A DNA stretch of 64,000 bases. Source: Paragordius varius (taxonomy: Eukaryota > Animalia > Nematomorpha). The stretch spans positions 1,736,001-1,800,000 of the forward strand of contig OZ176055.1 of NCBI GenBank assembly GCA_964247055.1, written 5' to 3'. The position numbers were made by a program, and so were the translations under genes. Under the pieces are notes generated by a model. That model ran no database searches, had not been told where the DNA came from, and saw nothing but the letters and a program-made list of their open reading frames with translations. How positions within the stretch are numbered: the first letter of the stretch is position 1; every line of letters starts with the position of its first letter. Shown here piece by piece: positions 12,469-26,421 of this stretch.

Positions 12469-15028
12469 ATACAAAGCAAAATGGCTAACAAAATATAATA
12501 TCACTAGGTAATATGTATATGACGCAAAAATTTGGCTTGCTATCAAAAAAAAATTCATAAACATATTGCAAATTGTAACAGGTTTGTTAAAATTTTGCTA
12601 AATATAATATTGGTATAGACTTTTTATCAAAATTACAAATATTCTATTTAGAGTCGTCTGACACTTTCGATTAGTAACTTCAATACCTAGTTTAATCTAA
12701 AGTACAAAGCAGGCATAGGTTTAGATTCCAATTAATATAAGTCTAGATAAATTATAATTTTGAGAAACTGTTTTTAGAAATGGTGCTAACCTAACATTAT
12801 AAAAAAATATTTTAAGAAACCTTGACACCGATGACATCAGAGTTGCTTGTCCTACCTATCTCTCCATAATCTTCTGGGGAAGTTTGATATCTCAGAGCGC
12901 TTTTGAATATCTTAAAAATATTTAAAGTATTAAGCCGAGTTTAAATATGCTTTCTTTAGCTTAAAAGAATTACAAAAATTTTTTTTTATTAAAAGAAAAT
13001 CGCAAAAAATCCTCATCCCAAACTTTGCCGGCATTTTTATTTATAGCCAATGCAAATATGTATATTATGGTTAAAAATGTAAATAATCTTTAGGAAGGTT
13101 TCCAGCTATATTTTACCAGCAAAAAATATATTTTGATTTTAATATCAGCTACCTGTTTAATTTGTGTATGAAGCTGTCTCATTTAGACCCTAAGTCAAAC
13201 TGTACAAAATATAAGTTTTTTGATCTTATACGTCATTGAGCGGGATCTATGGTTATTTCAAAAACTCGGACAAAATGAAAAGGTAATGAAGTGTTAAATA
13301 TACTTCTATTCCAAATTAGTTAATTAAAAAATTAATAAAATGTCAGGGCTCTAAAAGTATCTTATGGCCGCGGTTTAAGTATCATTGTTCTAAAATAAAC
13401 TTTCGCGTCCATTTTTATTACAAGACTTTTAGAAAAATTTCGTGTTTGATTGATTCCTAAAATTTGAATAAATTTATACTGATCAATAACGCGATGGAAA
13501 AACAGAAAAAATGATTTAATTAAGAATTTTTTAGCTATCCACTCATTTATTTGGTTATTTAAATAGAAATATTAAAATCCATTTATATATTAATGCATCA
13601 CTGTTATAGGCAAACTTAAACTTCATTTTATAATTAAAATTCAAGCTGGCCCTCTGCGTCCCCATGAGTTATTTTAATAATAAATTATATTGGCCCTATT
13701 TATTGGATTTATATGCTTTACACGGGATGGTTAAACTTAAATCGAAAAAATCGGTCCCCTCACGAACATTTTTCAATTCTGAAGTTACCCCATACCTTTT
13801 CCGTAAAATTGATATTAGGTTTATAATTTAATACATAATTTTTCATGTATTTATTCAATTGAGGCAATTTTAGAAGTAGTGTCTTGTCACCTTGAAAGCG
13901 TTGATTAAAAAATTAAAATCTATTATATAATTTAAATAGACTTAATGTTTTATAAACCCCCTATTTCTCTGCAGGGCGGGGCTAAACTGCCGTCAATGAC
14001 TCCTATTTGTATCGAAGGATATGTGAACAGGATTTAAAAAGCAAACTCCTAAAAATTATATGCATATTGGCCTGGAATAATATATTTATCAAAATGAAGC
14101 ATAAAGGTTTTCTTGTCTATTATATGGACTCTTTTTTAGATTAATTTTGAAAATCTTATAATATGAGAATAGGTCTTTAATGTTGAAAAGTAAATATGAT
14201 GATAGTAATTAGATTTTCTTGATATTGAAAAGACTCAGTTTTTCTTGTATAAGATTGTATCTATCCGTTAGTGTAATGGCAAGTTATTAAAAATCAGATG
14301 ACTCTTTTATTTAGCTGCTATTTTCTTCCGTACGAATAATTTGAGCATTAATTGATGATTCTGAAATTAAATTTGTTATTTAATCGCTAAGATTTATAAA
14401 CTCGTTGACTTTTATAAAGGCTGAGTTCCTAATAGTTATATGATTTGTAGTGTTTCATTTATTAAAACTTGATTGTTCTTAGGCAATATTTGTGCATTTG
14501 AAACATCATTTTTTTAACGGATAAAAGATGATTTATATTCGACATATAACCCTCAAATTCCGCATAAATAAGCTATTTCGCTATGGAGTTTACCCTTTAA
14601 AAGCAAAAATAGTATGAATTTTCATTTTTCTGACATTGATAAACAAATAAGCGTGAAAATGAATTTATTAACATTTATAAACGAGCATTAAAATATGTAA
14701 GCTTGATGAAATGGTATATGAATTCGAAAAAAACGTATTTGGTCCGAATCATGAAATATATTAACACAATTTCACACATCACATATGGCGGGTAATAAAT
14801 GTATAAAAAATATCATTCATTTAAAAATATATTAATGCATATAAATATATTTTGGCTTTAGCATTGAATGAGCACACATTTATATTAATTGGTCAATGAG
14901 AGTTTTTCTTTCATTAGATTAGACTAGAAAATATAATTATATGCAAGAATGTAGTACACTGAAGCTCATACAACATAGATAAGGAATAAAACAAAATTTG
15001 GCCATTTTTGAGATTTCGAACAAACAGC

Positions 15029-17260
15029 CTAGAGAGCTTTTTCCTGACAATGACACCATGGGGGATTACAGCACGGTTGTAACCAAGGTTTCCAAACAGT
15101 ATTACTGGCTGAAAATTGGCTGACGACAGGTTTTATACTTGCTTGATGTATTGCCATACCCCTTTCAATAGTTTCTACAATCGCATGATATCTAAAAACA
15201 TGTACACATAGTTTATAACAGTGGTATTTAAAGGCCCTAAATAATAAATCTTATTTTTTACATACTATTATTGGTTCATATCTGCATATGAATCAAATAG
15301 CTATACAATATTTGTCGGTATTATACGGTAAGTACCCCTTGAAGCAAAATAATATATTATTCGGCCTTTTTTTTGATAAGTAAACTGGTTTATAGTTAAC
15401 TGCCTTTTTATTTTCAAAGGGTGACGACTTAAATATTGAAGAGACCCGAAAGTCTTAACCTGCTCTGGACTAATAGTAATGATGGAAAAAATTTTCTCAT
15501 AATCTATATATATATCCGATACCTTAACCTTCAATTGTAAGAAAACTAATTTGAAAAAAATCGATATGTTTGCACAAGATAAAAGATACATTTTTAGAAA
15601 AATATATGCATTTGAAAAATCAAAACGAATTTTAGTCATATCCCTCCTCTTCCCCCTATCAACTATAATAATGACTATATGTTAGCTATTTGGTTAAAGT
15701 ACCTTGAACTTAAATTCCGATGGTAAGTGTCAAAATCTTGAATTTGAAGTTCAATAAAGTTGATATTAGCGTTTTGTTGGGAATGTTGTGTTGTAGCATA
15801 CTTAGTAGCAGAAATATTTGGTTGTTTAATAGGCATATCTTCGAACGGATCATGCGTAAGTTCATACAATAAAGGTGGTCTATGATAATTTATATATCGT
15901 GTTCCATAACAAAAACAGACATAATGACACCCCTGAGTGCCTGGTAACCATTTGGGTGTGGCGTAATACAATTTCCATATAAGAGATTCTAAATCATATA
16001 AAAAAAATTACAATATATATATAAACAAAACTTAGAAGCAAAAAAAACAAAGTAATACATTTTAAATTTGATTTTCTATAGAACTAAAATTTGTGGAGGA
16101 AAAAAATTTGGTTTTTATGATCTGTCTTTATAATTTAAATTTTTACTGTAAGTATAGAAAACTAAAATGAATACTTGTGAAATTCGGACAAATTAAAAAG
16201 GCCTTGACTAAACTTTATTCATTACTAAAATAGCAAGAAAAGTCAAAAAATTTTACGGATTGTAACCTTCGTTTCAATAATGAACATAAAATAATCTTTT
16301 AAAAAACATAAATTATCCAATAATAAATTTGATCAATACCATTTTTAGGCATGTATCGTACGGCGTGGATATGTGTACCACAATAATGAAATAGGAATTC
16401 GTGATGATTAAACGTTATATGATCATTATTTACATCTTTGGCGTGATTTGTAATATTATCATGACTTTTGTTTTTATGTTGCCTCTGTTTATACAGCACG
16501 GCAGGTGAAGAAAGATATCCCAACCCATCCTTTAAAAAGGTATTAATTTTATTGGAAAACCCGTCGACGGTTCCAATGTTAGGACCGTCAGAGTTTCTTA
16601 AATTCTCCTGGAGAACAGCTGTGAAATTGTTTAATAGAGGTGCCAAGTCACGTCCATCAATAACAATAGTTTTGGGCTCATTTCCACCCCAAAATGAATT
16701 GTTGGGATTGGCGTTGGTCTCATTATTGGTAGTTTTTATAGCTAAATCATAATAATTCCACACTTTATATATATTATTTGGTTGTTGAGCGTACAAATTG
16801 CTTGATTTGGTTTTTATACTGTTTTCATTTTTGGGAATACGTGGTGCAGCATTCTGAGCAAGATTGACTATGGTTGGCCATATATCCATAAGGCTGGTTG
16901 GAATGTCAATGTTAATACTGTTTGCTATAAAAGTAAAATTTACTCAAATTTTGGATACTATAATATACTATTTACACACCTTAACCCTTGAACAATTCAA
17001 ATTGACCCTATAAATAAATTATGTGTTTTTGGGGCTAATTTAACTCATCATTAATATGAAAAGTATATTTTTACGACATAATTTATTATTTTTTAGCATT
17101 ACATCAATATTAAACGGAATTTTATATTTTAAACATATTAATAAATAAAGATAATATATATTCTTAAAATCCACATAGTTTATTTTAGGGTGAATATAAA
17201 TTGTTTAAAATTAATTTTGAACTTAAATGGTATATTTTGTTATTTTACAATAAAAATTTT

Positions 17261-17301
<41 letters not shown>

Positions 17302-18966
17302 TATGGAAAATAAGTTTACGAATAAAACAAGGCCATGTCCAATAATAAGTAAAATACATTTCAAATTATTCATATCCGAAAATGTTTAATAAAGTTCAAA
17401 AATTGCTGACACCGGATAATAAAAACTAATGAAGTTTAGCTTCTAATTAAAAACTTTGCTCAATTATATTAAATGGCTGGCATAAATTTATTACTCCAAT
17501 TAAAGGATAACAATATCGTTTTGGTAAATAAATTTTGAAAACAAAGTCCAAAAATTTAGATTTAAAATTTTTTACTTTAAACACTCATATTTTTCAATTC
17601 TATAATTTACACTCTTCCTAAACCTAAATTAATTTAGGGGATTACTTTCAATATATAATATTTTATCTATTAAAAAAATTTATTACGTGAATGCTTGTTA
17701 TTCATGGCGTAAAATGTATCAGTAAAGGGGGGATAACGCAAAATCCCAGGGACTCTTATACCCCCTTCTATTCCACCTTGACCCTTCCCACCTATAAGCA
17801 ATAATGTAAAATATGTTTAGTAAGTTGTTTTTATTACACAAAAAAAATTGAAAATTAAAACGTCAAGGGTAAAAATATTTTTTAATACATACATATATAT
17901 TATATAGGCATAAATTATTATATTAAAATGGTATTACAGCCAGAGTAAAAGAATTAAAAAATATAATCTATATATTTATAAAAATGGAAAATGCTGGCTT
18001 TGTGATCTGGTCCAATCAAATCCAAATATCGAAAAAATATAATCATTAATAAATGGCCGGACAATAGCTTCGCCTTTTTTTGACTTAATCCCCCAGTTCG
18101 GGCCCACCCCGTGTAAAGAACGGTTTTTTTTGAAAACAGAAGTCCACAAAAATCGTGTCTTTGAGACAATTTTCCGGAGAACGTGTTGGACCATTCAATT
18201 TCAAATATGATTTTTGTTTACTTATTTTCGATTGCGCCAAACATAGTCGGCTCGCTTTTTTAATTTAAGTCTCTTTACCCGCTACCCCCGTAAAATGCCA
18301 TTTTTTTCAAAAAACTAAGTCCACAAAAATAATTTTTGATTCTATTTTTCGTCCAAGGTATGAGACCGTAAAAATTCAAGAAGGATTCTAGGTATTCACT
18401 GTTAAAAGGCAAAAATTTTAGTCAAGCGTTTCTTTGATGATAGCTGCTGGGTAAGGAGCTACCCGATAAAAACTGACCCGTCATACTGAAATAGCGTGCT
18501 TTTGGGCTAAATTCTAGAAAACTATCAGACCATATGAGTTCGATAGCTGCTTAAAGTATTACGCGTAAAAAGTCAAAAATTTTAGTCGAGCGGATATTTC
18601 GAATTCGTTAAATAGGCCCTTTACTCCCTAAAAATGCGCTATCATTGAACTATTATTTAGTTTTAAAGCCATTCTTCCATAACTATTAGGAATAAACGCT
18701 GATTCCAGGTATAAAGGCAATTTTTTTTATCTAACTACATTTTTACATAGGCCTCTGGGTAGGGGGTTACCCGCTTACAACTGCGCCATCATATCGATAC
18801 AGCATGCCTTTGGAGCCAAATTTCAGAAAACTTATGAGACTATGTAAATCATTTTAAAACTTCGTGCCGCATAATAAAATTGCCTATAAAATGAAATATG
18901 CCCCCTCACTCCCCAGTCCGAAGGACTTCCTCGGGCTGCGTAGCAACACGAGATTTACGCTAGTTG

Positions 18967-19022
<56 letters not shown>

Positions 19023-22000
19023 TTTTAAGGATAGTTGTGGTCAATCATAAATTTAAACTTTCTATTTATAAAAAACTTGATAAAAAACATTTTTTTATTC
19101 ATAAAGAGGATTTTTTATTCATTTATTCAGACAATCTATATGTTTTAAAAAAGCACAAATTTTATATAAAAAAAATGTAGTCAGTTTCCACTTTATTATA
19201 TCAATCAATCCATTATTCATCCAAATTTAGTTGATCAATAAATTTAAAAGCAAATATAAAACTAGCTAACTAGCTTATAAAATATACCTTTGAAAGGTCC
19301 ATTGTAACCGCCCTCTCGTTGGCCATCTAAACCCTTTTCTTCGATGTGGCCACCCTGATCCGATGTGAAATATATGAGTGTGTTATTACGAAACCCAAAT
19401 CGATCTAAAGCATCCAACAATTGTCCCACCTATGCGACAAAAATGTCAAGGTACAAAAAAAATATTTGGGAAAACATATAATTTCCACACAAGAAAAGCT
19501 GTATTATTATTTAGTTTTTGCACATGTTTAAAAGATAAATTTAAAGAGCTTTTATTTAAACCATTTTTTGGACCTTAATAATAGCTGACAAAAAATTTTA
19601 AAAGTAGTGGTCATTTTTTTCATAAAAGGATGCTTATGAGTCATCTCAAAAAATTTGCTCCCGCGCAAATAAGGTTATTTGACTGTAATGTGAGTATATT
19701 TTAGTGATAATTACAGGAAAAACAATCCGATATAAAGATTCTTAAATTACAACCTTTTGTAATAATTATAGAATTTACTAATTTACTAATTTATTTGTAT
19801 GTCTAAAACGTGATAAAATGCCAAATTTCGTATTTATATATACCATCCAATCCATCTCCTCAACATTGTCCCCAAAACGACCATGCTTACTAACGCCATG
19901 AAACCGGGGTCCGGTGTGCAGCGCTGTATGGACTTGTAGGAATGAAAAGAATAATAGGAATGGCTGTTGTGGTTTAGATACGCTAATAAAAAGAAAGAAA
20001 AAAATAAATGCGCTCATATATTATTTATGGAACATGTCGCTTGTTACATAAAAAATTAATCAAAAAATAAAAAATGTCTATGAAATATAGTATAAGTAGT
20101 AAAAATTCAACACTAATCTGTCTTTAAAAATATTGTCACATAGCATTTGCACGAAAGGGAAATGTTATTGGGTAAAAGCAGGAAAATACATAATAATTTG
20201 GTTTGAAACATAGATTCATTTTTATAAAACAATGTACGGATTTCTCGGTTATTTGATTATTCTGATCAATTAGTCATGTTAAAAAAACTGATTTAAGAGA
20301 ATTTTTCTTTATTTAAACCAAAAAAACTACTCCTACAAGCATTCCTAATCAAAAATGATTTTAAATAAATCTAACTTAAAAAGTTATTTAGCTCACTGCG
20401 TGATAAACAAAAACAAACCAAATAGCATCCTTATATAATTATCGCAAAATCATTCAAAACTAACAAAATGGGGGTAAATTTCATAGTAATTTCCCATTAA
20501 ATAAAGAGCAATTGTTGGTTTGAAATACCTGTAAAAATCAAAATTATGAATCATTCTCAAATCTATCTGTATATTTTAAGGTTTTTGAAAAAAAAGTAAT
20601 TATGTCTAGCGGTTTCCAAATTCCATTTTTAAGGGGGCAAAGATATATTTAAATAATGATATATGCTCTTTTTAGACCATAGCTTATAAAACTGGTAGGA
20701 GCGAAAATGTATTTTAATCGTTTTTCTTCCCTCTAAAAGCTACCTGAGCACATTTAAAAATAAATCAAGTAAGTATTAATCCAGTAAATCCTGTATAACT
20801 CAAAACTCAAACAAAATTAAGAATTACCGATTTTTAGAACCTTTAACATCATCAATATTTGAATCAGGTCGGTGCGCCATTTCACTTAAAAACTGCAAAC
20901 TATTATCTAGGAGGCGTTGAGATAAATCATTGGCAAAATTTATGGGTTGTTCCACCACATGAGTATCCTTCATAAGTATGCTGTTTAAAATTTTTATGTT
21001 TGTTATAAAGGTATAAAATAGGGCCAGGGGTAAAACCATACAACAAACACACCAACAAAACGGTCTCCATAATGGTGGGGGAGGTGATCGACTTTTATGT
21101 CGACTTTTATGTAAAGTTTTGCAAGTAGTTTTCGATAGATTATTCATAATATTTTCTGTGTTTGGGCTACTGGGCCACCTCAAGTGATTATAGATGGTAT
21201 CAGTTAAAACTTTTTTAATAGGAAAAATTGGAGATTTATTTTCAGAACAGCAGTCTATATTGGCTGCATTATTCTCATCGATGTTTTGAGTGGATGTGAG
21301 GTTATCATCATTGGAAGTGCTAGCAATACTTTGTGTAATCTCTGTATCAATGGATCTATTCTAACAAACACATGTAATTCTTATGTATTAGAGAAAGAAA
21401 ATATATATAAAATGATATTTAATAAAGACTTGGTGAGCGGTTATAAATGCCTTCAGAACCTGTGGCTATAGATACTTTCAAAAACAACCAGTTTTAATTT
21501 CGTTATCCCGTGTTATTATAACGATATAAAAGAATGATGGTATAAAACTGAAATGGTAAAATATAAAATAGAGTTATATTGCCTTTTATATATGTACCAT
21601 TTACAATTTAAATTTACCCTTAAACAATACAAATTCATCCTAAATATAAATTATTGTGTGTTTCGGGTTAATATAGCTCATCATTAATGAGAAATAGATT
21701 TTTATGGCATAGTTTAGTATTTTTTCAGTGTTATATTTATTTTGAACGAAATTTTATTTTATAATATTATAAGTGAATATATATAATTTTTCATCTTAAA
21801 AAACACATAATTTATTTTTGAGGTTTAATTTGATTTGTTCAAAGGTGCATTTGAACTGTAAATGGTATAATTAAACATTTGATCAATTATTTTTATATTG
21901 TTTATTCGTGAATTAAAATACTGGACTTATGAGCAGTCGAACCGGTTTTCATTTTTTTGAACAATGTCAAAAACCCACCCATCCCTTTAAATATAACCGA

Positions 22001-22153
22001 TAAAATCTTACCAATTCAGTATTAGACGTGGAAGAATTTGAATCCGATGCCGGCATACTCCTATATCGCGCAAACCAAAGCGATGAAAGTGTAATGACAA
22101 ATATGGACCAACCTTTAATTCCATTAGTTATAAAGATAAATGAATGAATATAG

Positions 22154-22208
<55 letters not shown>

Positions 22209-25200
22209 TTTATGAAAAAAAACAGGGATTGGTACAAGAATCATTTATTTAACATGCTAAAAATATTGTGTTGTTACAGAATCGTTTAAAAACGAGAACC
22301 GCGATGGTTCCAAATTTCGATTATTTGGATTGATTGATTGATTGAATAAAATGTTATTTTGGCTATCTATACATTTTTGTATCATGAAAATATTTCTTTA
22401 ATTTTTTTATCGAAATGTAGCACACACAATAAATTTTTCCGTTTAATTTATTTATATTTTTGTGAATGTAATTAAGTTATGTGTTATATACAATGGAAAT
22501 TATGTTAGAACTTTTTATCCAAAAAAAAGACAAAAACCCAAAAATTTTGCCAAAAAAGGACTAAAGCAGAACTCTTGTCCAGAACCGTTTTTAAAAAATA
22601 TATGTTAAAATCAAACCGTGATCAAAAACGATCGAGTTTTAATCCCTGTTTTACATAACATTAAAGAAAATTTAAAAAACTTCATTATTTAAATACAAAA
22701 AAAGCACAATTTTTTTTTCAAAAAAAACACAATCATTATTATAAGAAGGAGGAATAACTTAATGATAAATTAGAAAAGAATAAAACAAAAAAAAGAAAGA
22801 GAAAGATAGTTGGAATGAAACTGTTATAAAAGGTTTAATAAAAAGAAGGAAAAAAAAACCTAGTCCAGCTTTAATACGTGGATTATTGCTCATAAAAACA
22901 CCGGCTCCATCATCCCCAAAATCCTTGAGATTAGTTAACGGAAGCCCGTAAAATCGATCGAAACCGTGTCGCAACGGATGGTGACAATTGTCATTAAAAG
23001 CGGCACAACTAACACCTAAATGCCATTTACCTGCAAAATTTAGAAGAGTGTTTAAGGGGTTTTCGAGGTTGAGCACAAAAAAATGCAAAGTAAATGAGAA
23101 AATAACTTTTAAATAATGTTATCTTAAAAACTATACATAAATCTATGCTATCATGTGATAAATTATGGTTAATATTTTTATCTCAAACATCTAATCTTTT
23201 TGTTTTTTGCACTCAAAAAAATTTTAAATTTTAAAGTTTTTTCTTATTATTCGTTTTTGAATGAGAGAATATAAAAGATTACGATAAAATAAGTAAATAT
23301 TATAGGATATAATATAGATAATGGGTAATAAATTATATTATATTTTCGCGTTACGAAAAAATGAATAAAATTTATCATTCAATCCAGTTAAAAACTTTGG
23401 TATAATGAGTATTTAATTTTGAAAAAGAAAATACATACCATTAAATATGGACAAATTTTTCATATATTTAACCAAAATAGTTCAAATAATTGGATTTTGA
23501 ATAAAAACACCATATTTGATTCTAATTATCATTAACACTAGATATAATTAAAAGTATTTACAGTATGAGTAAGTCTACATTGCTAGAAAGTTATTAATTA
23601 TTGCCAAATAGTAAATACAACTTATAGTTATTTTTTTCACTTTTATATTATTAGCCAATAATACTGCCCTTTGATATATTTACTATTTAGCAATAATTAA
23701 TAACTAATCAATGTATACCTCATACTATCAACAAATTTAAAAGTTTTTACCGGGAATACAAGGGAATATGGGGCTATACTTTAAATAACAAAACTACTGA
23801 AAAAAATCTATAGATCTATCTATCTATCAAGTTAGCTCCAAATATTTTGCGTAAAAATAATTTTTACATATATAAAAATGATTTAATTTTTTCATTATTT
23901 TGCCTCATGATTAAACGATTAATACTTTAAAAATATGGCGCCTTAGTTTAGAGTCAGAAGTAGGTGTGTTAAATATGATAAGTTGAATACAACGAATGAA
24001 TTTTCCGCTGTAAGTTACCTATAATAGGCAAAAATGGCGATTTTCGAATACATATTTCAATGGAAAAAGTGTAGAGAATTTCCATTTTTTGTTATATATA
24101 TATATATACAGTAAGAGGAAATATTATTGTGGATGGATGTTATAGCCAGCCAAAATAATTTTTACAATACCCACCTTTTCAAGGCTTATAAAATAATGAG
24201 TATAAAAGCCGAAAAAAACTAATTATATACATGTTTTTACATTTATACATACATTATGGATTTTTTCTCTATATTCAGCAATTAAAAAAGTTTCATAATT
24301 AATATGATTATTATTCCATCACCTTAATCCGACTTCTGCATTCATTTTTTTTGCAATAAAGATGATATATAATAAATATATAGATTTAGTTTTCATTTCA
24401 ATCATAAATTATCAAAATACCTTTACTTTAAAAACATATCCCCTGGACACCAAAAAAAGATAATTCAAAATTTTAAATACAGTGTATGAATGAAACATAA
24501 TAAAAATAAGTGATAAAAAATTTTTTTAGTTCCTTACTTAAATTAATTACTCCTAATACCAAGGTATATATAGTTAGACCTTGACTTTACAAAATTAATT
24601 TTGTTGACAATTAAAATAAACTTGGTAATATAATCATTCGTTTTAAATGTAAATTGGAATATTGGTTATTCAGTTTAAATCGATTTCTGTGCGCATGATT
24701 TTTGAAAATTAACACAATTTTAACTTTTTATTATGTAAAAATTTTTTGAACTCTTCATAGGCAAAAATTTTTTGCAATCATTTTCGCACAGATAGAATCA
24801 ATTTTTCTTTGCAAAAGCAAAATCTTTTAAAAATATTCCCTTTTTTCATACATTGTTCAGTATATAATAAAAAATTAGTTTTGTGCGGGTTTTACCTATA
24901 AACTTTTGTACTAGCCAATGTTTGATGGAAATTTTTTTAAAAATATTTTTTTACAAAAAAAATCATTTTTGTGAATCTCGCTAACCAAGAGTTTGAACTT
25001 ATAAAAATGATTGAAGATACCATAAATATCCATCATAATTAAAATTAATAGTTTTATACGGGTTTTCAGCCAATCTTGAAGTTACATATAATCAAGATTC
25101 TTTAAACTGTAACTTTTTTTTGCAAAAATCATTTTTTTTCCCCTCAAAAAAACTTTTAAACGTAAAAAAATGATTTTTTTTACTGTTAAAAGGGCTGCTT

Positions 25201-26421
25201 ACCAATTAAAGCCGTGGCATAACCCAATTCCTGTAAAACTTTGGCAAAGGTTATTTCTGTGTCAGGTAAACCACCGCTGCTTGCTACAAAAGGCAGGACT
25301 CTAAGTTTCCCAGTCTCTGCCATACCTATACAACATACAAAAAAAGGTTTAATTAAAAAAAGGTTATTTTTTTTTGTTAGTAAACAAATCTTCATAGTGA
25401 ACTAAGTGTGGTACACACCTTTAATTTTTAAAACTGCAAAAGAAGAAATGAGGACTAAGCGAAAAAAATGGTAAAAAATTTGTTCAAACAAATTCTTTTC
25501 TCCTTTGGGGTGCAAAAACTACTTGAAAGAAAAATTTTAATTAATAGATATAGATGTTAATATTTTTAGTGTTATGGGTATTAAATTAATATTGTAGCAG
25601 ATACGAAAATATGTGAGTCACAATCATATTCATCGAAATTTAAAATTATTTTTGAAATTAATCGCGAAGGTACCACCCAATTTGGAAAGCGATTTAAAAA
25701 AAAGGCCGGGCGTCATAGGTACTTGAGGCTAATTTTCATATAAATATGTTATCATTTCCTAAAAACTCGTTATTAGATAATATATTTCTTGAAACTTGAA
25801 ATAATATAATAGAAAATAAAAGTAATTACATTAGATATTTCAAAAGTTTTCCATATCTTAAGCTTTATCATATTTAATTTCAAAGAAAACAAATATAGAA
25901 ACATCCAATTTTCGCACCCAAAATTGATAAAATTAGGATATTTTATTTTAACTTACATTGGTAAATAGATCAAAATAATTGAAATAAAAGCATATAATAG
26001 GGGATAGATTAATTATAAAAATTAGAAATTGAACTAATCAAAATAATTAAAATAAAAGCATATAATAGGAGATAAATTAATTATTAAAATTTTAATATAA
26101 TAATATTTTGGCATAATGTAACAATCAAATATTTACAGTACCTGAGCGAACAGGATAGCGACCAGTTAAAAAAGCCGAACGACTTGGAGTACATACTGAA
26201 CTAGCCGCTAGATGATGGGTAAACACAAAACCTTCGGAGGCCAATCTGTCAATGTTAGGCGTTTTGATTGTATCGTTTCCATAACAACCGATATCTCCAT
26301 ATCCCAAGTCATCAGCCATCATTATCAAAAAATTTGGAATGTTTTCATTTTGTAACAAAGTTAAAATACTCCCGATATTGACTATTAGGAGCCAAATCAA
26401 ACTTTTAATAGAAATATCCAT
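15029..26421 (-). CDS. STS: Steroid sulfatase / arylsulfatase (STS-ARSD/E/F-like); exons 26421-26142, 25325-25203, 23030-~22861 (donor unresolved), ~21360-20828 (acceptor unresolved), 19982-19844, 19429-19288, 17791-17687, 16924-16340, 15988-15703, 15191-15029
   Basis: Signal peptide followed by MADDLG, the [13 protein letters not shown] formylglycine motif, [63 protein letters not shown] and WKPWLQPCC in STS order. Every junction except exon 3/4 is GT-AG and phase-consistent. Confidence 0.93.
17967..18963 (+). mobile_element. Non-autonomous Helitron, copy A, in an STS intron
   Basis: 5' TCTATATATTTATAAAAATGG; 3' hairpin CTCGGGCTGCGTAGCAACACGAG followed by CTAG; inserted between A (17966) and T (18964) with no TSD; closely similar to 37609-38696. 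Confidence 0.85.
18968..19020. repeat. (TA)n microsatellite; similar tracts at ~2020-2052, 10679-10729, 17262-17302, 22159-22206, 40088-40133 and 59175-59197
   Basis: Read directly from the sequence. Confidence 0.95.
21597..21865. mobile_element. TA-flanked MITE with long TIRs; relatives at ~16965-17235, ~56530-56760 and a fragment at ~7470-7530
   Basis: TA|CCATTTACAATTTAAATTTACC ... GGTGCATTTGAACTGTAAATGG|TA; the internal CCCTTGAACAATTC..AAATTATGTG motif is shared with the other copies. Confidence 0.7.
23561..23727. mobile_element. TA-flanked MITE, same family as 63326-63514
   Basis: Starts TA|CAGTATGAGTAAGT..ATTGCTAGAAAGTTATT; degenerate right TIR; internal TATTATTAGCCAATAAT is shared with the 63326 copy. 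Confidence 0.65.

Noticed and set aside
15301-15639. 112-aa ORF inside the last STS intron
   Set aside because: No firm domain; only a faint resemblance to a Penelope-like RT tail (SRHPLKIKR), too weak to call.
16468-16752. 94-aa plus-strand ORF
   Set aside because: Antisense shadow of STS exon 8.
21361-21480. Idea that TAA/TAG are read through (code reassignment) to supply the missing STS helix
   Set aside because: TAA, TAG and TGA all terminate well-supported genes in this window; ordinary splicing explains the stops.
25972-26095. ~67-bp tandem duplication in STS intron 1
   Set aside because: Ordinary AT-rich local duplication with no functional signal.
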